From: Diplonema japonicum
Taxonomy: Eukaryota; Protista; Euglenozoa: Diplonemea
Direction of reading: 5' to 3'
Assembly (NCBI GenBank): GCA_964019335.1
Contig: OZ025664.1
Coordinates: forward strand, 372,001-436,000
DNA: 64,000 nucleotides
Within the stretch, counting starts at the first letter, position 1. Each line of letters begins with the position of its first letter. Below, piece by piece: positions 61,198-64,000 of this stretch. A model generated the notes under the pieces. That model saw nothing but the letters and a program-made list of their open reading frames with translations, was not told the origin of the DNA and did no database searches. The position numbers and the translations under genes are program-made.

Positions 61198-61875
61198 CCC
61201 CTTTATTTTCCCTGGCTATATGATACCCCCTCCCTTTCCCCTTCTTTCTCTCTCCCCACTGCTTCTTTTTTTTATTCTCTCCTTTTTATCAGTAGGAAGG
61301 CACCAGGTAATTCGTTCAAAGTAAAAAAAAACAAAAAAAAAAAAAAAAAAAAAAGCATGGTCGTATTTTCCCAAAAGTCTTAAACCGTTTGGAGAAAGCA
61401 GAAAATCCTTAAAATAAGTTTTTAAAAGTTTTGTACTACTTTTTGACTTTTTAGTATTGTCAGGACTAAAAGCTAATTTGATGCAATGGTAAAAAGAAAT
61501 ACCGCCCTGAGTTCTGTGGGACAAGAAAACCAACCCTATTTATCGAAAATCGCACAATTTTTTGGAGTAGGGAAACGAAAAATTTTAAAAAAAAGAAAAA
61601 AAGAAAAAAAAAAAAAAGGAAAACCCCGGTTTTCCACCACAAAACGTCTTAAGACCTTTGCGAAAACGAGACCATATATATCCTTATTTCTCTTTTTTTT
61701 TTTTTTTTTGTCCTCCACCCCCTGCTCCCCCATCTCTTCTTCTTCTATCCACATACCTCGGTTTTATCACCCCTCCCTCTATTCCACGTATCCTTTAGTT
61801 ACAATTTCTTCGATTTTCCCCCCCCCACCCGTCCGGTACTCAATAAACAAAAGCAAGGCAGGAGGGGGGGGGGGG

Positions 61876-62889
61876 GATCTTCGCACCGTGGCACACAGGG
61901 ACCCGGCTGAGTGTATTCTGTGTTCACAGTATGTAGTGGTTAACCTAGGGGTGTTCATCACCGCGTCCGAAATAGCGGCACTGTGCTTGTGCAGCAAACG
62001 GTGTCTTGATGTCTGGGGCTCCCTCTTGAGAAGGAAGCTGGCTCGGCACGGAACGGGGTTTATAGCAATGCTGCATGCAGCACTCGACGAAATAGAGGTC
62101 GAAGCCCGAAAGGAACCCGTCATCATTCTCCCTGGATACGAAATCAGCGAGCTTTCCATAAAGCCCCCAGGATCTTTATACACCTGGAATTCTTGCAGAC
62201 AGGTAACTGGAAGAGAAGCCGCTTGGCTATCACACGGAAAACGAAAATCGGACAACAAGGAAGTCACCCTTTGGATGCACCACGTACCTTGTGGGATGGG
62301 AACCTCGGTGTGGATATCTATACTTTTTTTAAAAAACGGTGGTGTGGAATGGGCGTTTCAACTAGCAGAGGTCGATCCCTCAGCTGATCCAGAAACATCA
62401 ACAGTGTTCTTAGGTTACCCTTTACGTGCATCGGTGGCCCGTCTTCGTGCCTTGAAAGACCCTGAAAACACAGTGTCTACCAGCACAGAGCACTACACAA
62501 CATATCAGGTTTCTTTTGAAGCTTCCGAAGATGGTGGGCATGCTGCTTTGCTGCGTCTAGGCGTGCGTTGCTCTATTGGGGTGTTGAGCTTGTATATTAA
62601 ATCAGAGACAGAAGATTTCCTTTCGTTCCTCAAAACCCAGCAGGTTCCTGAGCTCTTTACCATTGACACTGAGACTAAGGCGCTTGTGACACACAAAGGT
62701 GTGACTCGGTACACAACAGGCTCCTGCACCGCGACGCCTTCCCCTCCAGAGACATTCCACGATGTTATTTATCTGAAGGCCGTGCGGCTGCAGCGCTACG
62801 CCACGAGACATGAGGCAGATATGTCTGCGGCGCTCGTTTCTCTGATTCCTTATGGCATTCTCTCGTGGGTGCCTGCTTCGTGCAGATGA
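61876..62889 (+). CDS. Hypothetical protein with N-terminal F-box-like motif; start codon not resolved
   Basis: Coding-like composition begins after the polyG at ~61875. VVVNLGVFITASEIAALCLCSKRCLDVW resembles an F-box. The 61486-61875 part of the ORF-track call is homopolymer translation. Confidence 0.55.
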   Translation, partial: DLRTVAHRDPAECILCSQYVVVNLGVFITASEIAALCLCSKRCLDVWGSLLRRKLARHGTGFIAMLHAALDEIEVEARKEPVIILPGYEISELSIKPPGSLYTWNSCRQVTGREAAWLSHGKRKSDNKEVTLWMHHVPCGMGTSVWISILFLKNGGVEWAFQLAEVDPSADPETSTVFLGYPLRASVARLRALKDPENTVSTSTEHYTTYQVSFEASEDGGHAALLRLGVRCSIGVLSLYIKSETEDFLSFLKTQQVPELFTIDTETKALVTHKGVTRYTTGSCTATPSPPETFHDVIYLKAVRLQRYATRHEADMSAALVSLIPYGILSWVPASCR

Positions 62890-62994
62890 TTAATTGTTTC
62901 TATGCTCTTTTCTTTGCTTTTTCGACATGCAATTTTTCAGGTGGTATTTACACGCTTTAAAGAAAGAGAAAAAGAAGAACAAAAAAAAGAAGGA

Positions 62995-64000
62995 ATGGCG
63001 GTAAAGATAGCAGCGGTGCTGCTGTTGGCGACGGCAACGAGGGGACAGCAGACCTGTTCAAACTTCGGGGATGAGGAGTCGTGTGTGAACTGGAAGTGCG
63101 ACACGGGTGTGTGCCAGTGGGAGGCGACTTTGAGGAGGTGCGGGTGCCCAACGGGGTGCTCTGTGTTCCTGAACCCGGACACCTGCAAGGGGAACCGCTG
63201 CCCTGGGACGCAGGACCCTTGTGATTGGAACAGCAACAATGACAAATGTGAGTGCTCCAGCAGGCCCTGCTCCAGCTTCACTGACGAGAAAATCTGCCGG
63301 ACAATGCAATGCCCTGGTAAGCCGAACACTCTTTGCGTGTTTGAGAACGACAAGTGCGACTGTCCTCCTGAAACATGTAAAGACCTACAAGATGAGAAAT
63401 CGTGTATGAACTTCGTCTGCCCTGACAACAAAATGCAGTGCAAGTGGAATACTCCCGCTCGTGCAAGGCATTTCTGTGATTGTCCTCCTGCTGAGACGGA
63501 GGCACCCGCCCCCAGGAACTGCTTGGACCTGCGCGACGAGAAGTCTTGTGAGAGCTTCATCTGCCCCGACAACAACATGAACTGCAAGTGGATGACCTCT
63601 TCAGCCGGGAAGCAGTTCTGCGACTGTCCTCCTCGTGAGACGAAGGCACCTGAGACGAAGGCACCCGCTCCAAGGAATTGTAAAGACTTGAGGGATGAGA
63701 GGTCTTGTGAAAACTTCATCTGCCCCGACAACAAGCTGAATTGCAAGTGGATGACTTCACCCATTGGACAGTATTGCGACTGTCCTCCTCATGAGACAGA
63801 GGCACCTGAGACGAAGGCACCTGAGACCAAGGCACCTAGGACGAAGGCACCTGAGACGAAGGCACCTGAGACCAAGGCACCTAGGACGAAGGCACCTGAG
63901 ACGAAGGCACCTAGGACGAAGGCACCTGAGACCAAGGCACCTGAGACGAAGGCACCCGCTCCAAGGAATTGTAAAGACCTGAGGGATGAGAGGTCTTGTG
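62995..64000 (+). CDS. Secreted or surface cysteine-rich repeat protein with (E/R)TKAP linkers, 3'-partial
   Basis: Absent from the ORF track because no stop occurs before the window end. Signal peptide MAVKIAAVLLLATATRG, then six complete 6-Cys modules (e.g. CKDLRDERSCENFICPDNKLNCKWMTSPIGQYCDCPP) and the start of a seventh. Confidence 0.85.
   Translation, partial: MAVKIAAVLLLATATRGQQTCSNFGDEESCVNWKCDTGVCQWEATLRRCGCPTGCSVFLNPDTCKGNRCPGTQDPCDWNSNNDKCECSSRPCSSFTDEKICRTMQCPGKPNTLCVFENDKCDCPPETCKDLQDEKSCMNFVCPDNKMQCKWNTPARARHFCDCPPAETEAPAPRNCLDLRDEKSCESFICPDNNMNCKWMTSSAGKQFCDCPPRETKAPETKAPAPRNCKDLRDERSCENFICPDNKLNCKWMTSPIGQYCDCPPHETEAPETKAPETKAPRTKAPETKAPETKAPRTKAPETKAPRTKAPETKAPETKAPAPRNCKDLRDERSC
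63793..63957 (+). repeat. 11 x 15-bp coding tandem repeat (GAGACGAAGGCACCT; ETKAP/RTKAP)
   Basis: Units counted directly, with variants GAGACC- and AGGACG-. Confidence 0.95.

Noticed and set aside
56917-61754. Poly-Phe/poly-Lys ORFs in spacers (also 30572-32375 and 41386-44417)
   Set aside because: Translations of polyT/polyA homopolymers, not protein-like.
30520-61880. Very long homopolymer runs as a biological signal in themselves
   Set aside because: Run lengths may be inflated by sequencing or consensus error and cannot be judged without raw reads.
32263-62889. Functional clustering of cell-cycle genes (centrin, APC10, cyclin, F-box-like)
   Set aside because: They are interspersed with unrelated genes, and co-directional clusters in such genomes are generally not functional operons.
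30515-62994. tRNA, rRNA or spliced-leader RNA genes in spacers
   Set aside because: No cloverleaf, rRNA-like or spliced-leader exon sequence was recognised by eye. A covariance-model scan would be needed to exclude them.
63793-63957. CRISPR-like or satellite array
   Set aside because: Contiguous 15-bp in-frame coding units with no spacers.
62937-63982. ORF-track calls 62937-63764 (-) and 63764-63982 (+, RRHL repeats)
   Set aside because: Shadows of the true + strand Cys-rich ORF starting at 62995.

Overview
Eukaryotic, most likely euglenozoan (diplonemid-like) genomic DNA. All credible genes lie on the + strand in one co-directional cluster, with GC-balanced coding regions separated by homopolymer-rich (polyA/T/C/G) spacers. 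I infer 14 very short (34-71 nt) GT-AG introns, mostly with GTATG donors, that join fragments of the ORF track into full genes. Gene order: (1) a giant VPS13/chorein-family lipid-transfer protein, 5'-truncated, at least 10,126 aa, ending in a CaaX motif once spliced; (2) a small spliced hypothetical gene; (3) centrin; (4) a ~2,822-aa fusion of a signal-peptide-bearing clan GH-A glycoside hydrolase/transglycosylase and a GT48 beta-1,3-glucan synthase; (5) a bacterial-type SAM methyltransferase; (6) a coiled-coil protein; (7) APC10/DOC1; (8) a Pro/Gln-rich protein with a C-terminal PH-like domain; (9) THADA/Trm732; (10) a PHO80/U-type cyclin interrupted by a 200-N gap; a ~5 kb gene-free region with several fold-back elements; (11) an F-box-like protein; (12) a secreted 6-Cys-repeat/ETKAP-repeat protein running off the window end. 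Splice models and family calls come from reading the sequence by eye and are not confirmed by transcripts or database searches.
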